A stretch of 64,000 nucleotides of DNA from Mobula hypostoma (taxonomy: Eukaryota). The translations under genes and the position numbers were made by a program. The stretch covers positions 108,316,001 through 108,380,000 of the forward strand of contig NC_086108.1 in assembly GCF_963921235.1 (NCBI RefSeq), given 5' to 3'. Positions 1 to 11,921 of the stretch are shown one piece after another. The notes under the pieces are model-generated. The model ran no database searches. It saw nothing but the letters and a program-made list of their open reading frames with translations, and had not been told where the DNA came from. Every line of letters starts with the position of its first letter. Position 1 is the first letter of the stretch.

Positions 1-1390
1 ATTTGAAAAGGAGAAGCTAAGGTCAGATGCATCAGTATTACAGTGCAGTAAAGGGAATTACAGAGACATGAGAGAGGAGTTGGCCAGAATTCACTGGAAA
101 AAAACACTGACAGGGATGATAGTAAAGCAGAAATGGCTGGAATTTCTGGAAGGAATTCAGAAGGCACAGGATATATACATCCCAAAGAGGAAGAAGTATT
201 CTAAAGAAAGATGACACAATCATGTCTAACAAGAAAAGTCAAAGCCAACATAAAAGCCAAAGAAAGGGCATATAGAGCAATATTTATTGGGAAGTTAGAG
301 GATTGGAAATCTTTTAAAAATCAACAGAAGGCAACTAAAAAAGTCATTAAGGTAAAAATGGAATACAAAAGTAAGCTGGCCAACAATACTAAAGAGGATA
401 CCAAAAGTTTCTTCAGATACATAAAGTGTAAAAGAGAGGTGAAAGCAGATATCGGACCGCTGGAAAACAATGCTGGAGAGTTAGTAATGTGGGGGGGGGG
501 GGGCGGACATTGGAGTGGGAGACAAACTGAATAAGTATTTTGCATCAGTCTTCACTGTGGAAGACACTAGCCGTAGGGTGTAAGTTCCAGGTGTCAGGGG
601 TCATGAAGTGTGTGAAGTTACCATAACAAGATAGAATGTTCTTGGGAAACTGAAAGGTCTGAAATTAAATAAGTCGTCTGGACCCAATAGTGTACAACCC
701 AGGGTTCAGAAAGAAGTGGCTGAAGAGATTGTGGAGGCATTAGTAATGATCTTTCAAGAATCACTAGATTCTGGAATGGTTCTGGAGGACTGGAAAATTG
801 CAAATGTCACTCCACTCTTCAAGAGGGGAGAGAGAAAGAAGGAAGGAACCTATAGGCCAGTTAGTCTGACCTCAGTGGTTGGGAAGTTGTTGGAGTGGAT
901 TATTAAGGATGAGGTCTCAGGTTACTTGGAGGCACATGACAAAATCAGCGATAGTCAGTCTTCAAAGGAAAATCTTGCCTGACAGATCCGTTGGAATTCT
1001 TCGAAAGCGTAATTACCACAGGATAGACAAAAGAGAATCAGCTGATATTGTGTGCATGGATTTTCAGAAGGACTTTGACAAGATACCATACTGCTTAACA
1101 AGCTACGAGCCCATGGTGTTACAGGAAAGACTCTAGAATGGATAAAGCAGTGACTGATTGGCAGGAGACAGAGTGGGAATAAAGATAGACAAGTGGTGTT
1201 CCACAGGGGTCTCTGTTGGGACAGATTCATTTTACATTATATGTCAATGATTTGGATAATGGAATTGATGGCTTTGTTGCAAAATTTGCAGACGATATGA
1301 AGATAGGTGGAGGGGCCGTAGTTTTGAGAAATTAGAGGCTACAGAAGGACTTAGATTAGGAGAATGGGCAAAGAAGTGGCAGATGATCAT

Positions 1391-1606
1391 GCAATTTGGC
1401 ACAAGAAATAAAAGGGTTGACCATTTTCTAAATGGAGCGAAAATACAAAAACTGACGTGCAATAGGACTTGGGAGTCTTCATGCAGGATTCCGTGGAGGC
1501 AATTTGGCACAAGAAATAAAAGGGTTGATCATTTTCTAAATGGAGTGAAAATACAAAAACTGACGTGCAATGGGACTTGGGAGTCTTCATGCGGGATTCC
1601 GTGGAG
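1391..1606. repeat. 108-bp tandem duplication inside the CR1
   Basis: gcaatttggcacaagaaataaaaggg...ccgtggag occurs at 1391 and again at 1499. Confidence 0.9.
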
Positions 1607-1682
1607 GTTAATTTGCAGGTTGAGTCTGTGGTGAGGAAGGCAAATGCAATGTTAGCATTCATTTCAAGAGGACTAGAATATA

Positions 1683-3672
1683 CAGTGCCTATCAAAAGTA
1701 TTCACCCCCCCACCACCCCCCCCCGGAAGTTTTCATGTTTTTTTTGTTGTTTTACCACATTGAATCACAATGGATTTAATATGGCTTTTTCGACACAGAT
1801 TAGCAGAGAAGACTCTTTTGTGTCAAAGTGAAAACAGATCCCTACAAGGTGATCCAAATTAATTACAAATATAAAACACAAAATAAATGATTACATAAGT
1901 ATTCAGCCCCTTTAATATGACACACCAAATCATCACTGGTGCAGCCAATTGGTTTTAGAAGTGACATAATTAGTTAAACGGAGATCTGTTTTTGTAGACC
2001 TGTGTACAGTCAAGGTGTTTCAATTGCTTGTAGTAAAAATTGAAGGTCCAACTGCTGGTGAGTCAGTATCCTGGCAAAAAATACGCCATGAAGTTAAAAG
2101 AGCGCTCCAAGCAACTTGATGAAAGGGTTATTGAAAAGCACAAGTCAGGAGATGGATTCAAAGAAGCTCCTAAGTCACTGAATATCCCTTGGAGTATAGT
2201 TAAGTTAATTAAGAGACCCATGACAACTCTGGAGGAGTTACAAGCTTCAGTGGCTGAGATGGGAGAGACTGTGAATACAGCAATTATTGCCTGGGTGCTT
2301 CACCAGTTGCAGATTTATGGGAGAATGGCAAAGAGAAAGACACTATTGAAAAAGAAACAAGCATGAAATGTCGGCTAGAGTTTCCCAGAAAGCATTCGAG
2401 AGACTGAAGTCAGCTGGAAGAGGTTCTATGGTCTGATGAAACCAAAATTGGGCTTTTTGGCGATCAGACTAAGTACTGTGTTTGGCATACCCTAGAAAGG
2501 GTGCAGAGGAGATTTACAAGGATGTTGCCTGGATTGGGGGCATACCTTATGAGAATAGGTTGAGTGAACTCGGCCTTTCCTCCTTGGAGCAACAGAGGAT
2601 AAGAGGTGACCTGATAGAGGTGTACAAGATAATGAGAGGCATTGATCGTGTGGATAGTCAGAGGCTTTTCCCCAGGGCTGAAGTGGCTAGCATGAGAGGG
2701 CATAGTTTTAAGGTGCTTGACAGCAGGTACAGAGGAGATGTCAGGGGTAAATTTTTTATGCAGAGAGTGGTGAGTACGTGGAATTGGCTGCCGGCGACGG
2801 TGGTGGCGGCGGAAACAATAGGGTCTTTTAAGAGACTCCTGGATGGCTACATGGAGCTTAGAAGAATAGAGGGCTATGGGTAAAGCCTAGGTAGTTCTAA
2901 GGTAGGGACATGTTCGGCACAGCTTTGTAGGCCGAAGGGCCTGTATTGTGCTGTAGGTTTTCTATGTTCTATCATCATAAACACATCATCTCTACCATGA
3001 AGCATGGTGGTGGCTGCATCATACTTTGGGGATGCTTCACTGCAGCAGGCCCTGGAAGGCTTGTGAAGGTAGAGGGTAAAATCAATCCAGCAAAATACAG
3101 GGAAATCCTGAAGGAAAACTTGATGCAGTCTCCAAGAGAATTGCAACTTGGGAGATTTGTTTTTCAGCAAGAAAATGACCCCAAGCATAAAGTCAAAGCT
3201 ACACAGGAATGGCTTAAAAACAACAAAGTTAATGTCCTGGAGTGGCCAAGTCAGAGTCCAGACCTGAATCCAGTTGAGAATTTGTGGCTGGAGTTGAGAA
3301 GGGTTCACAATCCCCATGCAATCTGACAGAGCTTGAGCAGTTTTGTAAAGGAGAATGGGGAAAAATTGCGGTGTCCAGACATGCAAAGCTGATAGAGACT
3401 TATCTACACAGACTCAAGGCTGTAATTGCAGCCAAAGGTGCATTTAATAAATGTTGACTTGAAGGGGGTTAATACTTGAGCAATGAGTTTTATGTTTTAT
3501 ATTTGTAATTAATCTAGATCACTTTGTACAGATCTGTTTTCACTTTGACATGAAAGAGTCATTTTCTGTGGATCAGTATCAAAAAGCCAAATTAAATCCA
3601 CTGTGATTAACTGTTGTAAAACAATAAAACACAAAAACTTCCAAGGAGAGTGAATACTCTTTATAGACACTG
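1683..3672 (+). mobile_element. Tc1/mariner DNA transposon, IR/DR type, defective
   Basis: ~210-230-bp inverted repeats (cagtgcctatcaaaagtattcac / gtgaatactctttatagacactg) with an inner repeat of aagtattcacccc. TA flank on the left, TG on the right. Transposase motifs [30 protein letters not shown]. Confidence 0.92.
2491..2970 (+). mobile_element. CR1 3' fragment nested in the Tc1 transposase
   Basis: RIRGDLIEVYKIMRG...FFMQRVVSTWNWLP with tail tctatgttct; it interrupts the transposase frame. Confidence 0.88.
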
Positions 3673-6600
3673 TGAAAGCAAGGATGTGATGTTAAGACTT
3701 TATAAAGCACTGGTGAGGCCTCGCTTGGAGTATTTTGAACAGTTTTAGGCAATTTGTCTTTGAAAGGTTGTGCTGAAACTGGAGAGGGTTTAAAGGAGGT
3801 TCACGAAATGATGCCAAGATAGAACAGCTTGTCATATGAAGAGTGCGTGCTGGCTCGGCGCCTGTATTCACTGGAATTCAGGAGAGTGAAGGGTGACCTC
3901 ACTGAAACCAATCAAATAATAAAAGGCCTTCATGAAGTGGATGTGGAGATGATGTTTCCTATGGTGGAAGAGTCTAAAGCCAGAGGACACATCTTCAGAA
4001 TAGAGGGATGTCCTTTCAGAATGGAGATGAGGAGGAATTTATTTAGCCAGAGTGGTGAATCTGTGGAATTCTTTGCCGTATACAGCTGTGGAGCCCACAC
4101 CTTTATGTCTATTTAAGGCAGAGCGTAATAGATTCTTGATTGGTCAGGAGCGTGAAGGGATATTGGGAAGAAGGCAGGAAATTGTGGCTGAGAGGAAAAA
4201 TGGATCAGCTGTGGAAGAAATGGCAGAGCAGATTAGCAGGGCCCAATGGCCTAATTCTGCTCATATCTTAGTGTCTTCTTTGCCATGTGACTGTATACCT
4301 CTCAGCATAATCTCCTCACTTGTCCCTGTTATGTCATCCTCTCCAACCCCAGCCTCATCTCTCTCAGAACTAGTGACTGCTGTTACTTTTGCAATCAGCA
4401 AGGGATCAATCTGTCTAACCCCACCCTGAGCAGAGTCCTTACAAACCACTTTGAACACATTTACAAGGAGCGCTGCCACAAGAAAGCAGCATCCATCAAC
4501 AAGAAGCCCCACCATCCAGGCTACGCTCTCTTCTCAGTACTACCATCAGGAAGGAGGTACAGAAGCCAGTTACTACCTGCAACCATCAGGCTCCTGAACC
4601 AGTGTGATGACATCACTCACCTCAACTCTGAACTGGCTCCACCACCTATAGGCCCACGCTCAAGGACTCTACAAATCATGTTTTTAGGAATATTTATTAG
4701 TTTTTTTTATTATCTGCACAACTTGGCTTCTTTTATTGTCAGTTTTTGCTATTTATAATTTCTATAAATTCTATTGTATTTCTTTATCTTTGTGTAATTG
4801 GAAGAAAATAAATCTCAGAGTAGTATATGATGATGTGTACATGCTTTGATATTAAACTTACTATGAACTTTGAAACATCTTGTTCCTTCAGCACGACGTT
4901 GTAAATTTCAGACCCGTATATTGGACAGGCTCACTGTGCCTTTTAATCCTCCTTTGTGCCCTGCAGGAACCAGAAATTCTTGGCACTTGATGCATCTTGT
5001 GCCATCAGTCCCACTGTGAAGGGTTTTGTGGTGGAGCTGAAACCATATGCAACATTGACACCACTTATTGAAAAGCTCGGAGTATGTCTGACTCCCGCAC
5101 TGGAGTTAATTGGATCTATCTCCTAATAATCAGCTAAATTGGCATTTTAGTTCCCCAAAGGGTAATTGTTATAAACTGTGTTTAGGTACAACTGGGAGAG
5201 CCTGTGATATTAAGCATGCTATGAAATGCTCTGTTGGTCACTGGTGCTGTCTATTAGCATCTAATACTGGATTAACACAGCTGCTAATTTATGACACAAA
5301 TTGGATTGGTTCTCAATTCGTTGCTCTTGCTTGTTCCCTTTACTTCTTGGAACAAAGGATGGTGAATCACTGGCATACTCTTTCCTAGAGGGTTGTAGAG
5401 GCCAAAGTCAAAGAACTACAGCACAGAAACAGGCCCTTTGGCCCATCTAATCCGTGCCAATCTATTATTCTGCTGGGTCCCATCAACCTGCACCAGCATC
5501 ACAACCCTCCGTACACCTCCCGTCCATCTACTTCCTTAATTTGGCTTCCCGGATTAAGTTCTATCTGCAATCCCCACCCCAATATCTACAACTGATATCC
5601 ATTCTGGACAATATTCCCCACTGTCCACGACTCCACCGGTTGTTGTGAGACCTGCAGAATTTCTATCCCACCCATCTACAGCTCTCTACCACCCCTTTCT
5701 CTTTCACCCTCTTCCTTTCGTCTTTCTCTCTCACACTCACTCACTCACATTCTCTCCCTCCCCTTTTGCCCTCTCTGTTCCTCTTTCTTTCTCAATCTGT
5801 CTCCCTCCCATCTGTCTCTCCCCATCCCCTCCGTCCCTCCCCCGTCCCTCAACCTCAGTCTTTGCATTTGTGACTCCCAGGACTAGGAGGAAGCCAGAAA
5901 CCAGATTATTGGGATTTCCAAGCAATCAAGTGCCAGATAATTGGAGTTTCACCGTGCCTCCCAAACTTGCCAACACAACAGCAATCACTCCAAAGCCAAA
6001 ATAACTAATAGCTTTCTCACAGCGCGGGACGGCTGCGGGAGGTGTGATAAATGGGAGGTGGTAGTTTCAGTGATGCTCAGGAGTAAGCATATCTAACATC
6101 TCCTTCCACCACTCCATTTGCCCTCCGTGACACATCAGTCCCCGCACTTCAGAGCTCATTAACAGGAGGCTTAAAAACAATTCATATAGTTCACTTCTCA
6201 TTGCTACCATTGGAGAGGAAGTGCAGGAGCCTGAAGACTCTCAGTCAGTGTTTTAGAAACAGCTCCCTTCCCTCCATTTTCAGAACAGTCCAGGAACACC
6301 ATCTTACTATTCCCTTTTGCACTATCTGTCCGTCTGTCAATCTGTCTGTGTATCTATTTATTGAAACTTGTAGTGATATTTATATCTTCCACTGTACTGC
6401 TGCCACAAAACAACAAATTTCTTCACATATGTCAGTGATAATAAATGGATTCTGATTCACATCACGAAAAATCACAACTTTCGCTGCAAAGAGAAATCTA
6501 AAAGGAGCACCTCTTGGAAGACTGCATTAACTCCTCCCTTGTTGATTCTTATTTTGCTGTCTTTGTCAAAATACTGATTTTGGACAGCAAGGTAGTGTAG

Positions 6601-7258
6601 CAGTTAGTGTAACACTATTACAGCACCAGCGACCAGGGGTTCAATACGCACTGCCGTCAGTCATGAGTTTATGCCTTCTCCCCATAACTGTATGGGTTTC
6701 CACTAGGCTTTTCCAAAGATGTAGGGGCTTGGGTTAGTAAATTGTGGGCATGCTGTGTTGGCACTGGAAGCATTGTGGCAGCGACCCGGGTTCAATTCCT
6801 GCACCTGCTTGTGAAGAGTCTGTATGTTCTTCCCGTGACCACCTGGGTTTCCTACAGTCCAAAGACGTACGGGTTCGTAGTTCAATTGGTCGTATAGGTG
6901 TAATTGGCAAGAGTTCTTTTGGCCGGATCTCTGAACGGGGCACCACTGTAATGTAGCTGTTAGTGTGACACTATTATAGCTTAGGGCATCAGAGTTCTAA
7001 GTTCAGTTCTGGCACCCCAAGTAAGGATCTCCCAGTGGCCACACATTTTAATTCCACATCCCATTCCCATTCTGATATGTCTATCCATGGCCTCCTCTAC
7101 TGTAAAGTTGAAGCCACACTCAGGTTGGAGGAACAACACCTTGTATTCCGTCTGGGTAGCCTCCAACCTGATGGCATGAACATTGACTTCTCTAACTTCT
7201 GCTAATGCCCCACCTCCCCTTCGTACCCGATCCGTTATTTATTTATATACACACATTC

Positions 7259-7580
7259 TTCTCTCTCTCTCTCTCTCTCTCTCTTTTTCTCTCTCTCTCT
7301 CTCTCTCTCCCTCTCTCTCTCTCTCCCTCTCTCCCTCTCTCCCTCTCTTTCTCTCTCCCTCTCTCTCTCCCCCTCTCCCCCTCTCCCCCTCTCCCCCTCT
7401 CCCCCTCTCCCCCTCTCCCCCTCTCCCCCTCTCCCCCTCTCCCCCTCTCCCCCTCCCCCCTCTCCCCCCTCTCCCCCTCTCCCCCTCTCCCCCTCTCCCC
7501 CCTCCCCCCTCTCCCCCCTCTCCCCCTCTCCCCCCTCTCCCCCCTCTCTCCCCTTCTCCCTCTCTCCCTCTCTCCCTCTC
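7259..7580. repeat. Pure pyrimidine (CT)n / (CTCTCCCC)n expansion
   Basis: ~320 bp of C/T only, inside the PLE. Confidence 0.95.
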
Positions 7581-7786
7581 ACTATACTCCTTGCCCATCC
7601 TCTGGGTTTTCTCCCCCCCCCTTTTCCTTCTCCCTGGACCTCCTGTCCCATGACCCTCTCGTATCCCTTTTGCCAATCACCTGTCCAGCTCTTGGCTCCA
7701 TCCCTCCCCCTCCTGTCTTCTCCTATCATTTTGGATCTCCCCCTCCCCCTCCCACTTTCAAATCTCTTACTAACTCTTCCTTCAGT

Positions 7787-7824
7787 TAGTCCTGACGAAG
7801 GGTCTCGGCCCGAAACGTCAACTG
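7787..7824 (+). ncRNA. Minimal type I hammerhead ribozyme motif (stem I mismatch)
   Basis: TAGTC-CTGACGA-AGGGTCTCGGCCC-GAAA-CGTC-AACTG. Confidence 0.6.
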
Positions 7825-9061
7825 TACCTCTTCCTAGAGATGCTGCCTGGCCTGCTGCGTTCACCAGCAACTTTGATGTGTGTTGTAAGGAATTTGTATG
7901 TTCTCCTTGTGAACCCTGCGGGTTTCCTCCGGATACTCCAGTTTCCTCCTCCAGTCCAGAGACAGACCCACTAGTAGGTTAATTGGTCATTGTAAATTGT
8001 CTTGTGATTAGACAGCGGTTAAATCGGTGGGTTGCTGGGCAGCACGGCTTGCTGGGCCAGCAGAGCCTGTTCCGCACGATACCTCTGGAGTAAGTGAGGC
8101 TTCTGTCGGTCAGGGTCGACCATGGATGTTGCATCCTGGCTGGCTAGATACACAAGCCTGGGCAGTACGATATGGAGAGCAAGCTGGTGCCCATGTAGCA
8201 AGCTCCCCCTCCCCAAACATCTGATGAAGCTAAAGTGACGGCAGCGTGACAGTTTGTCACCAGCAGTGTCGCAGGAGTTGGCAGTCAGAGTTGGACTGCC
8301 TCGGGCTTCAGCTCCTGATTTTCCCCCTCAGGGTTAACTCCCAAAGCCTCCCCCCATGAGTCGGTATAGCAGCAAGGCAGCGGAGGTTAGAGATCCGAGT
8401 TTTCCTTCTCCCAGATGAGCCCCCAACCATCGCTAATGAGCCCTATCTGCCTGAAGTGACTGGTTTTAGGGTGCCAGTAACCCACCTTTGCCTCCCTTCT
8501 TGTCAGATCTGACAGACTTAGTAGCTCAGCCACATGTGAAGGTCAGGAACTGGGTTTGGATGTCCGAGGCTATTTGAGATGCATACCATTAGGAGCATTT
8601 AATAGGTAGTCAGAGCCTGCCACCATTACCACCCATGGCTATGACAACCTTACAGAGCCACCATATCTCTAACTAAATCAATCAATGTATTATGGAGTCT
8701 CAGAGACATGCAGTTCAGAAACGGGTCCATAACCCTATTCATCCCTGCCACCCAGTTTGCCAATGTACACCAATCCCATTTACCAGCATTCGGCCGAGAG
8801 CCTCCCATGCCTTGCTGTCTCAAGTGTTGACCATTTGTTCTTGGGTAATTGGTTCATTATTGTCACATGTACAGTGAAAAGTTGTGTGTTTTTCATACCA
8901 TCCACGGAGATCACCATCAAACATAGGAGCAGAATTAGGCCATTCAGCCCATCCAGTCTGCTCCGCCATTTCATCATGGCTGATATATTATCCATCTCAA
9001 CCCTGTTCTCCTGCCTTCTCCCTGTAACCTTCTATGCCCTGACTAATCAAGAACTTATCAA

Positions 9062-9434
9062 TGTTGAAATTTATTAATGTTGAAAGGGTTGGACAGAGTA
9101 CATGTGGAAAGGTTGTTTCCCTTGGTGGGTGAGTCCAGGACAAGAGGCCATAGTCTTAGAATTAGAGGGTACCCAGTTAAAACAGAGATGAGGAGAAATT
9201 TTTTTAACCAGAGGGTCGTGGACTTGTGGAATTCGTTGCCACATACAGCTGTGGAGGCCCGATCATTGAGGGTGTTTAAGGAGGAGATTGACAGGTATCT
9301 GATTAGTCAGAGTATCAAGGGATATGGGGAAAAAGCCGGAAATTGGAACAAGATGGGTGAATAGCTTAGCTCATGGGGGAGCTGTGGAGCAGACTCAATG
9401 GGCCGAATGGCCTACTTCTGCTCCTTTGTCTTGT
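9062..9434 (+). mobile_element. CR1 3' fragment nested in an antisense CR1 tail
   Basis: RTRGHSLRI...RRNFFNQRVVDLWNSLP. The flanks join as gaacttatcaa/cctccgcttt. Confidence 0.82.
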
Positions 9435-10235
9435 GATCAACCTCCGCTTTAAATATACCCTACGACTTGGCCTCCACAGCCATTTGTGGCAATGAATTTT
9501 ACAAATTATAGAAAGAAATTTCTCCTGATCTCGGTTCAAAAGGGCAGTCCTTGTATTCTGAGGCTGTGCTTTCTGGTCAGAGGTTCTCGTCACCATAGGA
9601 AACATCTTCAACGTGTCCACTCTGTCTAGAACTTTCAGTATTCAATAGGATTTAGTGAGATTCCGTCCCCCCCATGCCTCTAACCTCCAGCGAGTATGGA
9701 GTCATCAAACAATCCTCAAATGTTAACCCTTTCATACCATGAATCATTCAAGTTCAATTTTAATTATCATCCAACTATTCAGGAATATCCATGAATACAG
9801 TCAAATGAAACAGTGTTCCTCCATGGCCAAGGTGGAAAACATAGTACCAACAGTCAATACACTGCACAAGGCAGATTTAGCACATATAAGATAACCAGTA
9901 AACATACAGTCACACAAATAAAATAATATATAGCCCAAGTCCCTGACCGACATGTGCTGTAAATTGATGGTGCAAAGGTTTTATCAGCAGGAACAAGCAC
10001 ACACGCAATCCAGCTTGTCATTCCACCAATCAAGCACTGGAGGGCAGCACTGACAGGAGGGCTCAGCCTTAACCCAGCATGGATGCTGTGCTACACTGCC
10101 TCTGGCCTCTCCTCCACAAGACTGCTGCAACAGGCAAGCCCACGGCTTGAGGCCTAGTCATTGCTACAACTGAGGTCATGCAGCTTCCCAACCATCTGTC
10201 TTGCCAGTAAACAAGGGAAATGGACTTGCAGTATA

Positions 10236-10653
10236 GAAGTTACTTCTCTAACTTCCGCTAGGCCCCACCTCCCCCTCGTACCCCATCTGTTACTCTTTTT
10301 AATGCACACATTCTTTCTCTCACTCTCCTTTTTCTCCCTCTGTCCCTCTGAATATACCTTTTGCCCATCCTCTGGGTCACCCCCCCCCCCCCCGTCTTTC
10401 TTCCCGGACCTCCTGTCCCATGATCCTCTCGTATCCCCTTCTGCCTATCACCTGTCCAGCTCTCGGCTCCATCCTTCCCCCTCCTGTCTTCTCCTATCAT
10501 TTTGCATCTCCCCCTCCCCCTCCAGCTTTCAAATCCCTTACTCACTCTTCCTTCAGTTAGTCCTGACGAAGGGTCTCGGCCTGAAACGTCGACTGCGCTT
10601 CTTCCTATAGATGCTGCCTGGCCTGCTGCGTTCACCAGCAACTTTGATGTATG
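10236..10653 (+). mobile_element. PLE pseudo-LTR fragment
   Basis: Same family as 7190-7884. 10-bp TSD ttgcagtata (10226-10235 / 10654-10663). Tiny 5' inversion agaagt-t-acttct. Confidence 0.8.
10558..10595 (+). ncRNA. Minimal type I hammerhead ribozyme motif, intact core
   Basis: Stem I TAGTC/GACTG, CTGACGA (10563-10569), stem II AGG..CCT, GAAA (10583-10586), CGTC. Predicted cleavage after 10590. Confidence 0.7.
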
Positions 10654-11817
10654 TTGCAGTATATTACATTACCAAAGTTCAACAGGATCTTCCGATCGCA
10701 AGAGAAACGTCCAAGACGATCAATTGCTGTTAGACTGCACACTGCCTCTGTGCACAGACCCCGATGACTCCCCTGTAGCAGCTTGTAACATGATCCACAC
10801 CAAGCCTTGCTTCAATCCCAACGTGCAGCTCACTGATGGGGTAGATCTGCAGTTCTTGAAGTTTTTAATGTCCAGCACTGTCTTGTGATCGTTAAAAAGA
10901 AGTTTCAAAAAAGATAAAAACACCCTCGATTGGCACTTGATAGATCGCTGTGGAATTGAACCCCGATCGTGATCTCTGGGACTGTAATGCATGACGCTAA
11001 CCACTACAGTACTGTACTATCCAAGATCACCAATGGCCAGGGTTGAACCTGGGTCACTGGTGTTGGGTCTCCAGTACGTTAAGTAGGAAGATTAATTTGG
11101 AAATAAGTCATGGCTAATCGAATTGGCCGAGCCACAGTTCATTTACTGTCTTTTTTGTTCTTGTATGCACATGGGTGCCATGGTGGCATAGAGGTTAGCA
11201 TGACATAATTACAGCTCATGACCTCAAATTTGGAGTTCAATTCCGGCGCCCTCTAGGTTTCTACCTTCCTTCCCAAGTGCTCCAGTTTCCTTTCACAGTC
11301 CAAAGATGTGCTGGTTAGTCGGTTAATTGGTCATTGTAAATTGTCCTGTGATTAGGTGGGGTTAAATTGGTGGGTTGCTGGGTGATATGGCTCGTTGCGC
11401 TCGAAGGGCCTGCCCATACTGTATATTCCTAAATAAAATAAATACCAAGTTGTAAACACAAGAGGTACTGAAGATGCTGGAAATCTGGAGCAATGCACAG
11501 AATGTGCTGGAGGAACTCAGCAGGTCAGGCAGCATCTATGAACGGGGGAAAAAAGTTGACTTTTTGGGCTGAGACCCTATATCAGGATCGGGAAGGAAGA
11601 ACAAAAAAGTCAGAATAAGAAAGTGGGGAGGGCGGGGTGGTGTCGAAGGGGAGGAAGAAGTACATGGTGGTAGGTGATGGGTGAAACCGGGAGGGGGGGG
11701 AGTAAGAGTGGGAAGTTGATTAGTGGAAGAGAAGTGGGGATCTGATAGGACAGAAGACCATGGAAGAAAGGGAAGAGGGGAAGTTGTCTAAGATTTTTCT
11801 TAATTCATCTTTTACAG

Positions 11818-11921
11818 GCACAGCCACTTACCTCTGTGTAATCACCACTGGCACATGGAACCCAAAGGGCCCGGACTTGAGCAACTGTACCTCGCACTGG
11901 GTGAATCAGGTGGCTCAGAAG
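11818..11921 (+). CDS. ADGRL2: Latrophilin (ADGRL2-like) exon, end of hormone-receptor (HRM) domain
   Basis: tttacAG|gc...cagaag|GTttgt; 104 bp, phase 1->0. Translates (G)[34 protein letters not shown], matching the latrophilin HRM motif [11 protein letters not shown]. Confidence 0.93.

Larger units (their letters stand above)
1..4270 (+). mobile_element. Decayed CR1-type LINE ORF2/3' end, interrupted by a Tc1 at 1683-3672
   Basis: RT motifs WKIANVTPLFK, YRPVSLTSVVGKLLE, QGS, FADD, with frameshifts and stops. The sequence resumes after the Tc1 (gactagaata...aaagcaaggatgtgatg). Confidence 0.88.
7028..7884 (+). mobile_element. Penelope-like element (PLE) 3' fragment: GIY-YIG C-terminus plus pseudo-LTR
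   Basis: Translates PVATHFNSTSHSHSDMSIHGLLYCKVEATLRLEEQHLVFRLGSLQPDGMNIDFSNF. Flanked by a gtaagga duplication (7021-7027 / 7885-7891). Inserted in a SINE. Confidence 0.8.

Noticed and set aside
1391..1606. Repeat-spacer or CRISPR-like array
   Set aside because: It is a simple two-unit tandem duplication in a eukaryotic LINE. No CRISPR structure was seen anywhere in the window.
5645..6004. Possible extra exon after a pyrimidine tract (cccAG at 5880)
   Set aside because: No similarity to latrophilin that I can recognise and no convincing in-frame donor.
7183..7870. Long Pro/Ser/Leu- and Arg/Gly/Glu-rich ORFs on both strands
   Set aside because: They arise from the stop-free CT microsatellite. 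The same applies to ORFs around 17776-18441 (-) and 57409-57898.
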